A stretch of DNA of 36,669 nt from Candidatus Binatia bacterium (GCA_050185455.1 JBFWZL010000002.1:1-36669); one strand, 5' to 3'. Numbered from the stretch's first letter, positions 18,549-26,891 are shown. Numbers and translations: made by a program. The notes: generated by a model not told the origin, from the sequence alone.

Positions 18549-18652
18549 TTCCCTTCCCCTTGTGGGAGAGGGACAGGGCGAGGGGGCAGACAACACCATT
18601 ACGATTACGGAGGTCCTCACCCCAACCCTCGTCCGCTTCGCGAGCGAGGGAG
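18549..18652. repeat. REP-like GC-rich hairpin element (copy B, composite) between the MaoC gene and glcD
   Basis: Contains CCCTTCCCCTTGTGGGAGAGGG (hairpin), GGGACAGGGCGAGGGGG, and the inverted relatives CCTCACCCCAACCCTCG...CGAGCGAGGG. Confidence 0.5.
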
Positions 18653-18663
18653 AAAAAATCAGG

Positions 18664-19116
18664 TTACTCTGTGGGCCGCCGCCGAATCATGCGATTCACC
18701 GTATACTCCAACAGGACTTCTCCATTCTGGTTGATCACCTGCTGTTCAGAAGTCACCACTCCGCGATCGGGCTTCGAGGTCTCACGTTTAGCCAGCACTT
18801 TGACCTTGATATGGACAGTATCGCCACAACGGAGAGGAGCAGGAATTTTCATCTCTTGGACACCGAGCAGCGCCATGCCTCCTTTGACGAGTCCGGATTG
18901 AATCGTCATGCCTTCAGAGAGAGCAAAGGTAAATGACCCCGGAGCAATGCGACTACCGAAGAGGCTTTTGTTCTTAACGAACTCCATGTCGATGAATAAG
19001 GGTTCATGAAAACCAAAGAGATTCACGAACGTGACGATGTCAGCTTCAGTAATCGTGCGGGCATGCGTCGTATATTCAGCGCCAATCTGGAATTCCTCGA
19101 AATACTCAACTGCCAT
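18664..19116 (-). CDS. MaoC-family (R)-specific enoyl-CoA hydratase/dehydratase
   Basis: 150 aa hot-dog fold pattern (TITEADIVTFVNLFGFHEPLFID.., ..IAPG..). Confidence 0.85.
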   Translation of the reverse strand: MAVEYFEEFQIGAEYTTHARTITEADIVTFVNLFGFHEPLFIDMEFVKNKSLFGSRIAPGSFTFALSEGMTIQSGLVKGGMALLGVQEMKIPAPLRCGDTVHIKVKVLAKRETSKPDRGVVTSEQQVINQNGEVLLEYTVNRMIRRRPTE

Positions 19117-19233
19117 GGAGGGCTCCTTCCGTGCACAGAGTCTTAAAGGGAATTAGCGGTTGAAGTCAACCCGCAGGAACAGCAATACTTAGGATGTTGA
19201 CAAACTTCTTTTCCTCACGTTCATTGGAGCATT

Positions 19234-20313
19234 ATGAAAAAACGAGTCGCCGTCGTCGGAGCGACCGGCATCGCCGGTCAGCAATTTTTGCTTGCGTTGC
19301 GGAACCATCCCTGGTTCGAGGTCAGTCTGCTTGCCGCATCGGAACGTTCGGCGGGCAAGAGTTACGCGGAAGCTATTCGTGACCCGAAGACAGGCGCGCG
19401 TCGGTGGTGGTGTCAGGAAGAACCGCCACAGCAAGCGCTTGCTCTCTCGGTTCATGAAGCCTCGTCCTTGAATCTCAACGGAATCGATCTGGTATTTTCC
19501 GCCGTGGAGTCGGGACCAGCGCGAGAGTTGGAACCGCTATACGCCAAGACAACGCCAGTGGTCAGCACGGCGTCAGCATTCCGCTACGAACAAGACGTGC
19601 CTATTTTCATCCCGGGAGTCAACCTTGACCATATTCGCTTGCTTGATGTCCAGAAGAAAAGTCGTGATTGGAAGGGTTTTATCGCTACCCAGCCAAACTG
19701 CACCACGATCGGTTTGGCGATTACCCTCAAGCCATTGTTCGATAATTTTGGTTTAAAAAAAGTTATTATGACTTCAATGCAGGGAGTCTCCGGCGCCGGC
19801 CGTTCTCCCGGCGTCATCGCTCTGGATATCCTCGATAACATCATTCCTTTTATCTCCGGCGAAGAAGAAAAGGTCGAAAAAGAAGCTCGAAAAATCTTAG
19901 GGACTCTGGGTGAAGGAAGCATCAATCTGGCGGATTTTATCGTGAGCGCGACCTGCACACGGGCGGCAGTGCTCGAAGGTCATACCGAGTCGGTACTCGC
20001 CTCAATGGCGGCTCCATGTTCAGTTGACGATGCCCGCATGGCCATGATCGAATTTGGTCGTGAGTTCGTCAACTCCGGACTACCTTCGGCTCCGCAACAC
20101 ATGATCATCGTCCATGACGACCCGTTCCGACCACAACCACGTTTAGACCGTGACGCCGAAGACGGGATGGCGACCTCTGTCGGGCGCCTGCGCCAAGATA
20201 ATGCGCTGGACAACGCCGTGAAATACATGCTTGTCAGCCACAACACTAAGATGGGCGCCGCCAAAGGCGCGGTGTTAATGGCGGAATATCTGCTGCAACA
20301 AGGTTACGTTTGA
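19234..20313 (+). CDS. asd: aspartate-semialdehyde dehydrogenase (archaeal/Gram-positive-like type)
   Basis: N-terminal VAVVGATGIAGQ Rossmann motif, catalytic NCTT cysteine motif, LEGHTES histidine motif. 359 aa. Confidence 0.85.
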   Translation: MKKRVAVVGATGIAGQQFLLALRNHPWFEVSLLAASERSAGKSYAEAIRDPKTGARRWWCQEEPPQQALALSVHEASSLNLNGIDLVFSAVESGPARELEPLYAKTTPVVSTASAFRYEQDVPIFIPGVNLDHIRLLDVQKKSRDWKGFIATQPNCTTIGLAITLKPLFDNFGLKKVIMTSMQGVSGAGRSPGVIALDILDNIIPFISGEEEKVEKEARKILGTLGEGSINLADFIVSATCTRAAVLEGHTESVLASMAAPCSVDDARMAMIEFGREFVNSGLPSAPQHMIIVHDDPFRPQPRLDRDAEDGMATSVGRLRQDNALDNAVKYMLVSHNTKMGAAKGAVLMAEYLLQQGYV

Positions 20314-20344
20314 TTGAGAAGAAGGGGGATGAAAGTAACTCGCT

Positions 20345-20509
20345 ATGCCAACGTACGATTATCGTTGTGAGAAGTGTCGGAAAAAGTTTTCCATGACCCT
20401 AGGCATTAAGGAGCATGACACCGCTAAAGTAAAATGTCCCAAATGCAAATCGGTGAAGATTTCGCAACTCATTACCGGATTTTTCACCCAAACTTCCAAG
20501 AAAAGCTAA
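20345..20509 (+). CDS. FmdB-family zinc-ribbon protein (54 aa; below the ORF-track length cut-off)
   Basis: Hand translation: MPTYDYRCEKCRKKFSMTLGIKEHDTAKVKCPKCKSVKISQLITGFFTQTSKKS. Shows the classic MPxYxYxCxxC...CPxC signature. Confidence 0.75.
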   Translation: MPTYDYRCEKCRKKFSMTLGIKEHDTAKVKCPKCKSVKISQLITGFFTQTSKKS

Positions 20510-20513
20510 TCGC

Positions 20514-20542
20514 AAAAAAAGGGGGGCAGTTTCCTGCTCCCC
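20514..20542 (-). terminator. intrinsic terminator for atpE (may also stop the convergent FmdB transcript)
   Basis: Stem GGGGGGCAG/CTGCTCCCC with loop TTTC. On the minus strand the hairpin is followed by T7 (A-run 20514-20520 on the plus strand). Confidence 0.65.
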
Positions 20543-20585
20543 TCTCAAAACAAGAGACGCACTGCGTGCGCCGGTCTTCCTCTCG

Positions 20586-20900
20586 TTAGAACTTTCCAGC
20601 CAAAGTAAATGCGATAATCAACGCATAGATCACCAGTGACTCGATGAAGGCAAGACCGATGATCATTGGGGTCTGGATACGGTCCACCGAATTCGGATTG
20701 CGACCGATCGACTCCATTGCAGAAGCTACAGCGCGACCTTGACCCATGCCACCGCCAGCGGCGGCAATGCCAAGACCGAGCCCAGCGCCTAACGCGATGA
20801 GGCCATTATTGCTCCCTCCTCCATCTTGAGCGAGCGCACTGCCAACAGTCAGCAGCAGTGTGGCCATGGTCAACAGACAGGTTGTACCGAATTTCTTCAC
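20586..20900 (-). CDS. atpE: F0F1 ATP synthase subunit c with N-terminal signal-like extension
   Basis: Mature part is [31 protein letters not shown]...[18 protein letters not shown] at 20900 is preceded by AAAGGAG. The 33-aa extension is [26 protein letters not shown]. Confidence 0.9.
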   Translation of the reverse strand: MKKFGTTCLLTMATLLLTVGSALAQDGGGSNNGLIALGAGLGLGIAAAGGGMGQGRAVASAMESIGRNPNSVDRIQTPMIIGLAFIESLVIYALIIAFTLAGKF

Positions 20901-21009
20901 ACGGACTCCTTTCTGCTCTCCTCTCGGCGGAATGATGGGCCAACCTCTCCTCTTATCCTCATTCCACTTCATGCCCGTCCACTTTAGGAAAGCTGGTTAA
21001 TTTGCCAAT

Positions 21010-21717
21010 TTAGTGATGCTGCTCTCCCCCATGGTGTGTTACAGCCAGGGAAACATACACGAGGCTAAGCAGCGTGAAGACAAAGGCTTGTACAAGCGAG
21101 ACGAACGCTCCCAGACCGTAAAAGAGAACGGGGATAATGACCTTGGTCATATCTGTGAAAATCTCTAACACAGCGTGGTCACCCGTCATGTTGCCTAAGA
21201 GACGAAGGGCAAGCGAGAACGGCCGCACAAGGTTGCTGATGAGTTCTAGGGGAATCATCAACGGAGCAAGCCAGATCATAGGGCCAACAAAGTGCTTCAA
21301 ATAGCCGACTCCTTGCTCCTTGAACCCGAAGAAATTATATGCGGTGAATGACAACAACCCAAGAGCAAAGGTCACATTGAAATTCGTGGTCGGCGGTGAG
21401 AAACCGGGGATCAATCCCATTAGGTTCGACACAAGGATAAAGATAAAGAAGGTTCCGTACAGAGGAACATACTTCCTTGCCTGATGACCTAAGACCCCTT
21501 CCGCCATCCCGATGATGCCTTGCACGAGAAGTTCAGTAATATTACGAAAGGTGAGCGAATCGTCTGGAACGTCGCGGTCGCTCGCTGCCGCTCGTTGACC
21601 ACTGGCCCGGAGCACGAAAAAGGCGATAATAGCGAGTACGATAAGGGACGTTACTACATGATCAAGGCTGTGCGATCCTAGTGTAGCGGAGATCCACGTG
21701 AACGAATGATGCTCCAT
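21010..21717 (-). CDS. atpB: F0F1 ATP synthase subunit a
   Basis: 235 aa, polytopic. Conserved LSLALRLLGNMTGDH motif with the essential Arg. Confidence 0.9.
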   Translation of the reverse strand: MEHHSFTWISATLGSHSLDHVVTSLIVLAIIAFFVLRASGQRAAASDRDVPDDSLTFRNITELLVQGIIGMAEGVLGHQARKYVPLYGTFFIFILVSNLMGLIPGFSPPTTNFNVTFALGLLSFTAYNFFGFKEQGVGYLKHFVGPMIWLAPLMIPLELISNLVRPFSLALRLLGNMTGDHAVLEIFTDMTKVIIPVLFYGLGAFVSLVQAFVFTLLSLVYVSLAVTHHGGEQHH

Positions 21718-21783
21718 GCGTATCCTACTGAAAGAACGTAATAGCCTGGCCGTTAGCGCAAGGAAAGCAGGCGCAGAACGACT

Positions 21784-22191
21784 TTATGCGCCATGATTCT
21801 CGACCTGCGTTGCGGTGGGCGATTCGAACAGGGTGACTATCATGCAGGTTATCAGCAGTAAAGAGACCCCTGCCAGGAACCCCAATGCTTGCACCGGATA
21901 CTGTAGGAAGAGCCCGCTCAAGAGCGCGAGAAAAAGAAGAGCTTTCCCCAAAAAGATCGCCACGGCCCGCCTTCTTCCTCTTTTGTCCTGAACAGTGGAC
22001 GGAACAACCAACAGCCTGACAATCTTTTTCAGAAGCCAGAAGTTGAGCTGCATTACTCCTCCCCCTAAGAGAAAACTCGGGGCGTGCAGCCACCCTGTTA
22101 CTCCCACAAGGACCGTGCAGGCGCCAAGGAGAACAAGGTTGAGCCGTTCAATTTTTTCGATCGTCGTGTTCACTCTGAGAAATCTTCCCAA
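21784..22191 (-). CDS. atpI: ATP synthase protein I-like small membrane protein
   Basis: Hydrophobic protein of about 130 aa immediately upstream of atpB. The start is uncertain because the listed start overlaps the previous gene by 44 nt. Confidence 0.55.
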   Translation of the reverse strand: MGRFLRVNTTIEKIERLNLVLLGACTVLVGVTGWLHAPSFLLGGGVMQLNFWLLKKIVRLLVVPSTVQDKRGRRRAVAIFLGKALLFLALLSGLFLQYPVQALGFLAGVSLLLITCMIVTLFESPTATQVENHGA

Positions 22192-22390
22192 GACCGACTA
22201 CCAGGCGATACAAGGCGCCTGCAGCGCTACCGATAGCGCCAATAGCGGTCAGCCATGGACTTGTCCCTAAATAATTATCTGCGTAGTATCCGAGAAGGCT
22301 GCCTGCCGCAACAATCCATCCTAGCTCGAATGCGAGCACTCCGTACCAGCCAAGAGTATTGAGTGAATTTCCCTTCGGCATGACAGCCAT
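22148..22390 (-). CDS. AtpZ/AtpI-family small membrane protein
   Basis: Two hydrophobic helices (GWYGVLAFELGWIVAAGSLLGYYADNYLGTSPWLTAIGAIGSAAG). The ATG overlaps the hemL stop as TAATG. Confidence 0.6.
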   Translation of the reverse strand: MAVMPKGNSLNTLGWYGVLAFELGWIVAAGSLLGYYADNYLGTSPWLTAIGAIGSAAGALYRLVVGLGKISQSEHDDRKN

Positions 22391-23670
22391 TACGAGAGGT
22401 TTTTGCACACCTCTTTCACAGCAGCAATGGTCTCTTGTATCTCAGCCTCACCGTGGGCAAGCGAAATAAACATCGCCTCAAATTGAGAAGGGGGAAGATA
22501 AATGCCGCGTTCGATCATCTGCTGAAAATACCGCGCGAACATCTTCGTATCGCTCTGCGTCGCCGTCGCATAGTCACGCACTTGAGATACACCAAAGAAG
22601 ATAGTGAGCAGGGAACCCACCTGGTTGACGCAGGCAGTCAAGCCAGCATCTTTGATTCCTTGTCGGAGTCCCTCGGCAAGCATGGTCCCTAGTTGGTTCA
22701 AGCGATCGTAGGTTCCTGGCTGAGCGAGAAGCTTAAGAGTCTCAATCCCGGCGGTTACTGCCACGGGATTCCCGGAAAGTGTTCCGGCCTGGTACACGGG
22801 ACCTAAGGGCGCAAGCATGTCCATAATCTCTCGCTTTCCGCCAAGCGCCGCAAGAGGCATCCCCCCACCAATGACTTTTCCTAGACACGTGAGTTCTGGC
22901 TCAATGCCATATACTTCTTGTGCGCCACCCCGCGCCATGCGAAAGCCGCTGATGACTTCATCAAAGATGAGCACAACTCCGTGGTCACGAGTCAACGCAC
23001 GAAGACCAGAGAGGAACCCTGGTTCAGGAAGCACGACTCCCATGTTCCCTGGCACGGGCTCAACGATGACGGCGGCGACAGCGTTCCTATTCGCCTGGAG
23101 GTAGGCCTCCACACTTTCCAGCTGATTGTATTCAGCCACCAACGTCTGACTGGCAAAGGCTTCGGGAACCCCTTGGCTGTCTGGGTTGCTAAATGTCAGC
23201 GCTCCAGACCCGGCTTTGACAAGAAGCGCATCGGTGTGTCCATGATAACAGCCGGCAAACTTGATGATCTTCGATCTTCCGGTATACCCTCGCGCCAGAC
23301 GGATTGCCGTCATTGTCGCCTCTGTTCCTGAAGAAGTGAGACGTACTTTCTCCACGGAGGGGATCGCATTAATAATCGTCTTAGCTAAATCAATTTCCCG
23401 CACCGTTGGCGCGCCGAAACTTGTCCCCCGTTTGATGACCTCTTCTAAAGACCTCACAACTTGTGGGTGCGCGTGACCGGCAATCAACGGTCCCCATGAG
23501 CCGACATAATCGAGATATTCCCGCCCATCCGCGTCGATGACACGGCATCCCCGGCCTCTTTGGATGAAGAGCGGATTCCCGCCAACCGCGCGCCACGCGC
23601 GCACCGGACTATTCACTCCTCCGGGAATGTATTCCTGTGCTTCGAGAAAAAGCTTATGGGACATGAACAT
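22390..23670 (-). CDS. hemL: glutamate-1-semialdehyde 2,1-aminomutase
   Basis: N-terminal AQEYIPGGVNSPVRA. PLP lysine region in the GKVIGGGMP context. 426 aa. Confidence 0.95.
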   Translation of the reverse strand: MFMSHKLFLEAQEYIPGGVNSPVRAWRAVGGNPLFIQRGRGCRVIDADGREYLDYVGSWGPLIAGHAHPQVVRSLEEVIKRGTSFGAPTVREIDLAKTIINAIPSVEKVRLTSSGTEATMTAIRLARGYTGRSKIIKFAGCYHGHTDALLVKAGSGALTFSNPDSQGVPEAFASQTLVAEYNQLESVEAYLQANRNAVAAVIVEPVPGNMGVVLPEPGFLSGLRALTRDHGVVLIFDEVISGFRMARGGAQEVYGIEPELTCLGKVIGGGMPLAALGGKREIMDMLAPLGPVYQAGTLSGNPVAVTAGIETLKLLAQPGTYDRLNQLGTMLAEGLRQGIKDAGLTACVNQVGSLLTIFFGVSQVRDYATATQSDTKMFARYFQQMIERGIYLPPSQFEAMFISLAHGEAEIQETIAAVKEVCKNLS

Positions 23671-23959
23671 AGAACACTCTCGCTACGGACGAAATTTTCT
23701 CTCCTGCTAACACCCCCGCTTGAGAGCGTCAAGGCAAAGAGATTACCTTGCGAAGTCAAAGGCTTATGAAGGCGGCTATTTTTCGCTTGCAATGCCAAAA
23801 AAAAACGTCTAAGACCCTACCCACTGTCGTCTTGTTCCAATTTCTCCAATATAACCGGTAACAGAGTAGACATAGTGAGTTCTTTCCCCTCCTTCCGAAA
23901 AAGCGGCCCCACGATGCGGGGGCTTCCTGGAACGGAGAAGAGGACGAAGGGGGGAGGCG

Positions 23960-24037
23960 TGTGGATAATTCTGTGGATGAAGGGGAAAAATCTCATATGC
24001 AACAAGAGGTTACAGAGTTATTCACAGGTGTGGATAA
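23960..24037. promoter_or_regulatory. DnaA-box cluster upstream of dnaA (left part of a bipartite oriC and/or dnaA autoregulation)
   Basis: TGTGGATAA 23960-23968, TGTGGATGA 23972-23980, TTATTCACA 24018-24026, TGTGGATAA 24029-24037. Confidence 0.7.
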
Positions 24038-24068
24038 CTTACGCACCGACGCGGAGCGGGAGTGGGGC

Positions 24069-25397
24069 ATGGAGCAGGTGTGGGAACAAGTGTTGGCGGC
24101 CGTAGAGGAGAAGGTTGGGAAGACAACAACCGAAACCTGGCTGAAACCGATACGACCGATTGCGCTACGCGAAGATACGCTGCATCTGGAAGTCCCAAGC
24201 TCACTCTTTCGTGACTGGCTTCTAGGCAATCTGATGGGTCCCCTGAGAGAGGCTTTGGAGACTAGTCTTGGATACCCAGCTCAGATCATTATTCATATCG
24301 CTAACAAGCCGCAGGGAGAATTATTTTCGACCAGCATCCCAGAGCCGGAAAAGCAAGATCAGACTCGTGCGCTACGCAAAAACGGTCTTGTCAATAACTA
24401 TACGTTTTCAACCTTTGTTGTCGGCGCTGGAAACCAGTTTGCTCACGCGGCTGCTCGCGCAGTCGCCGATCATCCAGGGAAGCACTACAATCCGCTTTTT
24501 ATCTACGGTGGGGTAGGACTCGGAAAAACACATATCATCAACGCGATCGGTCATGAAACGATGGTGAAGCAAGGACGCGGGAGCATTTTCTATCTCTCGT
24601 CCGAATCATTTACCAACGAGTTGATTTCACACCTGCGTCGTGACCGGATGGATGATTTTAAGCATAAGTTTCGTCAAGCCGACCTTCTTATTTTAGATGA
24701 CGTGCAGTTCTTATCCGGAAGAGAACGGACGCAAGAAGAATTTTTCCATACTTTTAACACTCTCTATGAATCACATAAGCAAATAGTTCTCACTTCTGAC
24801 AAGTTCCCTAATGAAATCACCGGCCTTGAAGAGCGATTGCGTAATCGCTTTGAGTGGGGACTTATTGCTGACATCCAACCTCCAGACTTAGAAACGCGAG
24901 TTGCGATTCTTCAAAGGAAAGCACATCTGAAAAGAATCAAACTCCCAACCGAAGTCGCACTCTACATCGCTTCGCACGTCACCGCCAATGTACGAGAACT
25001 GGAAGGTAATCTCACTCGCTTGTCGGCGCTTTCCACGCTCACGAATAGCGAAGTCACACTCGATTTCGCCCGGCAGGTCCTGCAAAACATAGTCAGGGAC
25101 AAAGAAAAAGAGGTCTCGATCGAGTCGGTTCAGAAAGCCGTGTGTAAGTATTTCGGTATTCGCGTGGCTGACCTGACGTCGAAGAGAAGGACACAACTGG
25201 TGGCGTTTCCCAGGCAGGTTGCTATGTTTCTCTGCAGGAAGCTCGCCGGAGCTTCCTATCCTATGATTGGCATGCGCTTTGGCGGCAAGGATCATACAAC
25301 TGCGCTGTACGCCTGCTCTTCCATCGAGAAACGTCTCAAGAAAGATGAAGAATTAAGAGAAGTCATCGAGAGAATCGAACGCATTGTGTATGGATGA
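24069..25397 (+). CDS. dnaA: chromosomal replication initiator DnaA
   Basis: Walker A GGVGLGKTH and a C-terminal DNA-binding domain. MEQVWEQVLAAVEEKVGKTTTETWLKP aligns with canonical DnaA N-termini. The longer track ORF (start 23961) begins inside a DnaA box. Confidence 0.95.
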   Translation: MEQVWEQVLAAVEEKVGKTTTETWLKPIRPIALREDTLHLEVPSSLFRDWLLGNLMGPLREALETSLGYPAQIIIHIANKPQGELFSTSIPEPEKQDQTRALRKNGLVNNYTFSTFVVGAGNQFAHAAARAVADHPGKHYNPLFIYGGVGLGKTHIINAIGHETMVKQGRGSIFYLSSESFTNELISHLRRDRMDDFKHKFRQADLLILDDVQFLSGRERTQEEFFHTFNTLYESHKQIVLTSDKFPNEITGLEERLRNRFEWGLIADIQPPDLETRVAILQRKAHLKRIKLPTEVALYIASHVTANVRELEGNLTRLSALSTLTNSEVTLDFARQVLQNIVRDKEKEVSIESVQKAVCKYFGIRVADLTSKRRTQLVAFPRQVAMFLCRKLAGASYPMIGMRFGGKDHTTALYACSSIEKRLKKDEELREVIERIERIVYG

Positions 25398-25406
25398 CGC
25401 AAAGGG

Positions 25407-25536
25407 GTGTGGATAACCCTGTGGATAACCCTGTGGATAACCCTGTGGATAACCTGTGGATAACCTGTGGATAACTTTTTTCGGCTTTGAGTTACTCACA
25501 GGTTATTCACACCTTTATCCACAGCACCTGTGGATA
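25407..25536. promoter_or_regulatory. oriC DnaA-box array in the dnaA-dnaN spacer
   Basis: Six perfect TGTGGATAA boxes start at 25407, 25419, 25431, 25443, 25454 and 25465. Reverse-oriented boxes are TTACTCACA (25491), TTATTCACA (25502) and TTATCCACA (25514). A further TGTGGATAA starts at 25528. Confidence 0.85.
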
Positions 25537-25568
25537 ACTTCGCCCTAATTTTTCGCTCACTTAAACCA

Positions 25569-25739
25569 CTTATTCACAGTTTTCACACCCCCTACTACTA
25601 CTACTATAAAGAAAATAAGAAGTAGTAGTAGGGAAAAGAGAGAGAAAGAAAGAGGAGACAATAAATAAAAAGAATGGAAGAATGGGAGAAAGAATACAGA
25701 AGAACTTAGGAAGACACGAATAGAGGGAGAGCGAAAGAC
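25569..25739. promoter_or_regulatory. putative origin unwinding module: box pair, GC cluster, DnaA-trio-like repeats, A/purine-rich tract
   Basis: TTATTCACA (25569-25577), GTTTTCACA (25578-25586), CCCCC (25587-25591), (CTA)5 (25591-25605), then an A+G-rich sequence running to the dnaN start. Confidence 0.6.
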
Positions 25740-26891
25740 ATGGCAAAGGAAAAGGACTTGGAATGTACGATCGAGAAGGAAGAATTATTGCGCTGTCTGT
25801 ATTTAGTTCAAGGAGTAGTAGAGAAGCGCTCGTCTCTTCCTATTCTCTCTCATGTGTTGATCGAGGGTTCAGATGAAATAGTTTCGCTGGGTGCAACAGA
25901 TTTAGAAATCGGGATTCGTCAACAATGCAAAGCAACGATAAAGAAGGGTGGGGCGGTGACAACTGATGCGCGAAAGTTGTACGAGATAGTGAGAGAACTT
26001 CCCCCTGAACGCCTCGTCCTGCGTTCCTCGGGAGAAGGGTGGGTCGAAGTTAGTAGTGGACGCTCTCGCTTTCGCATGGCGAGTTTCGATCCCAAGGAGT
26101 TTCCGGCTATCACCCTAGGAGCGGGGCAGAAAGACGAAAAAAAAATCCCGGTATCCGTCTCCCTCTCGGGGAAGATATTGGGGGAGATGATAGAAAAAAC
26201 TCTCTTCGCTTCCTCTCCTGATGAATCACGACTCAATCTTAGCGGTGTGTATGCCGAGGCTCTGCCGAGCGGGAAACTACGCTTGGTCTCTAGTGATGGA
26301 CATCGCCTCGCCATTATTGAACGAGAGACAGGAATATCCGATCCAGACGCCTGGCCTCATGTTATCCTTCCAAGGAAAGGCCTGATAGAAGCAAGAAAAC
26401 TTTTAGAAAAGGACGAAGGAGAAACAGACCTGTCCCTTCATGGCTCTACGGCTGTTATTAAAAAGGGAACAACTGAACTCTCTATGCGCCTGATTGAAGG
26501 GGACTTCCCAGACTATCAACAGGTCGTACCGAAAGAAAAGAAGAACTTCATCTCTTTTTCGCGCGAGGAGTTCCTTGGCGCTATCCGTCGCCTTCTTGTC
26601 CTGACCACGGAACGAGCCCGAGGAGTTAAACTACAAGTCGAGAAAGAAAAAATGACGGTCTCCGTCAATACTCCAGATCTCGGGGAAGGAGTAGAAGAGA
26701 TCGAAATAGAAAATAAGGGCGGGGACATCATTATCGGATTCAATGGGAGGTATCTCACTGAGGTTCTCAACGTTATTGATGAAGGCGTAAGAATAAAGCT
26801 ATACCTGAAAGATGAAGTGAGTCCGGGTCTGCTACAAGCAGAAGAAGACGAAGATTTTTCTTATATCATTATGCCTATGAGAATATTCTAA
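25740..26891 (+). CDS. dnaN: DNA polymerase III beta sliding clamp
   Basis: 383 aa. Typical three-domain clamp pattern with C-terminal ..YIIMPMRI. GGGAGAG RBS upstream. Confidence 0.95.
   Translation: MAKEKDLECTIEKEELLRCLYLVQGVVEKRSSLPILSHVLIEGSDEIVSLGATDLEIGIRQQCKATIKKGGAVTTDARKLYEIVRELPPERLVLRSSGEGWVEVSSGRSRFRMASFDPKEFPAITLGAGQKDEKKIPVSVSLSGKILGEMIEKTLFASSPDESRLNLSGVYAEALPSGKLRLVSSDGHRLAIIERETGISDPDAWPHVILPRKGLIEARKLLEKDEGETDLSLHGSTAVIKKGTTELSMRLIEGDFPDYQQVVPKEKKNFISFSREEFLGAIRRLLVLTTERARGVKLQVEKEKMTVSVNTPDLGEGVEEIEIENKGGDIIIGFNGRYLTEVLNVIDEGVRIKLYLKDEVSPGLLQAEEDEDFSYIIMPMRIF

Noticed and set aside
18507-18620. 38-codon N-terminal extension of the glcD track ORF
   Set aside because: It translates the REP-like element (SPCPSPTRGREP). 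The conserved protein begins at MNSTFISHLLD.
23898-23923. Terminator-like hairpin on the minus strand (GCCCC/GGGGC stem followed by T5)
   Set aside because: The stem has only 5 bp, and no minus-strand gene lies upstream that it could terminate. It may just be part of the origin-flanking structure.
23817-24005. 62-aa minus-strand ORF in the hemL-dnaA spacer
   Set aside because: It lies across DnaA boxes in the putative origin. It has no RBS and a low-complexity sequence, and is most likely non-coding.
25407-25473. Regular 11-12 bp tandem repeat that could be mistaken for a CRISPR array or minisatellite
   Set aside because: There are no spacers. The repeat unit is the DnaA-box consensus TGTGGATAA plus 2-3 bp, and it sits between dnaA and dnaN.
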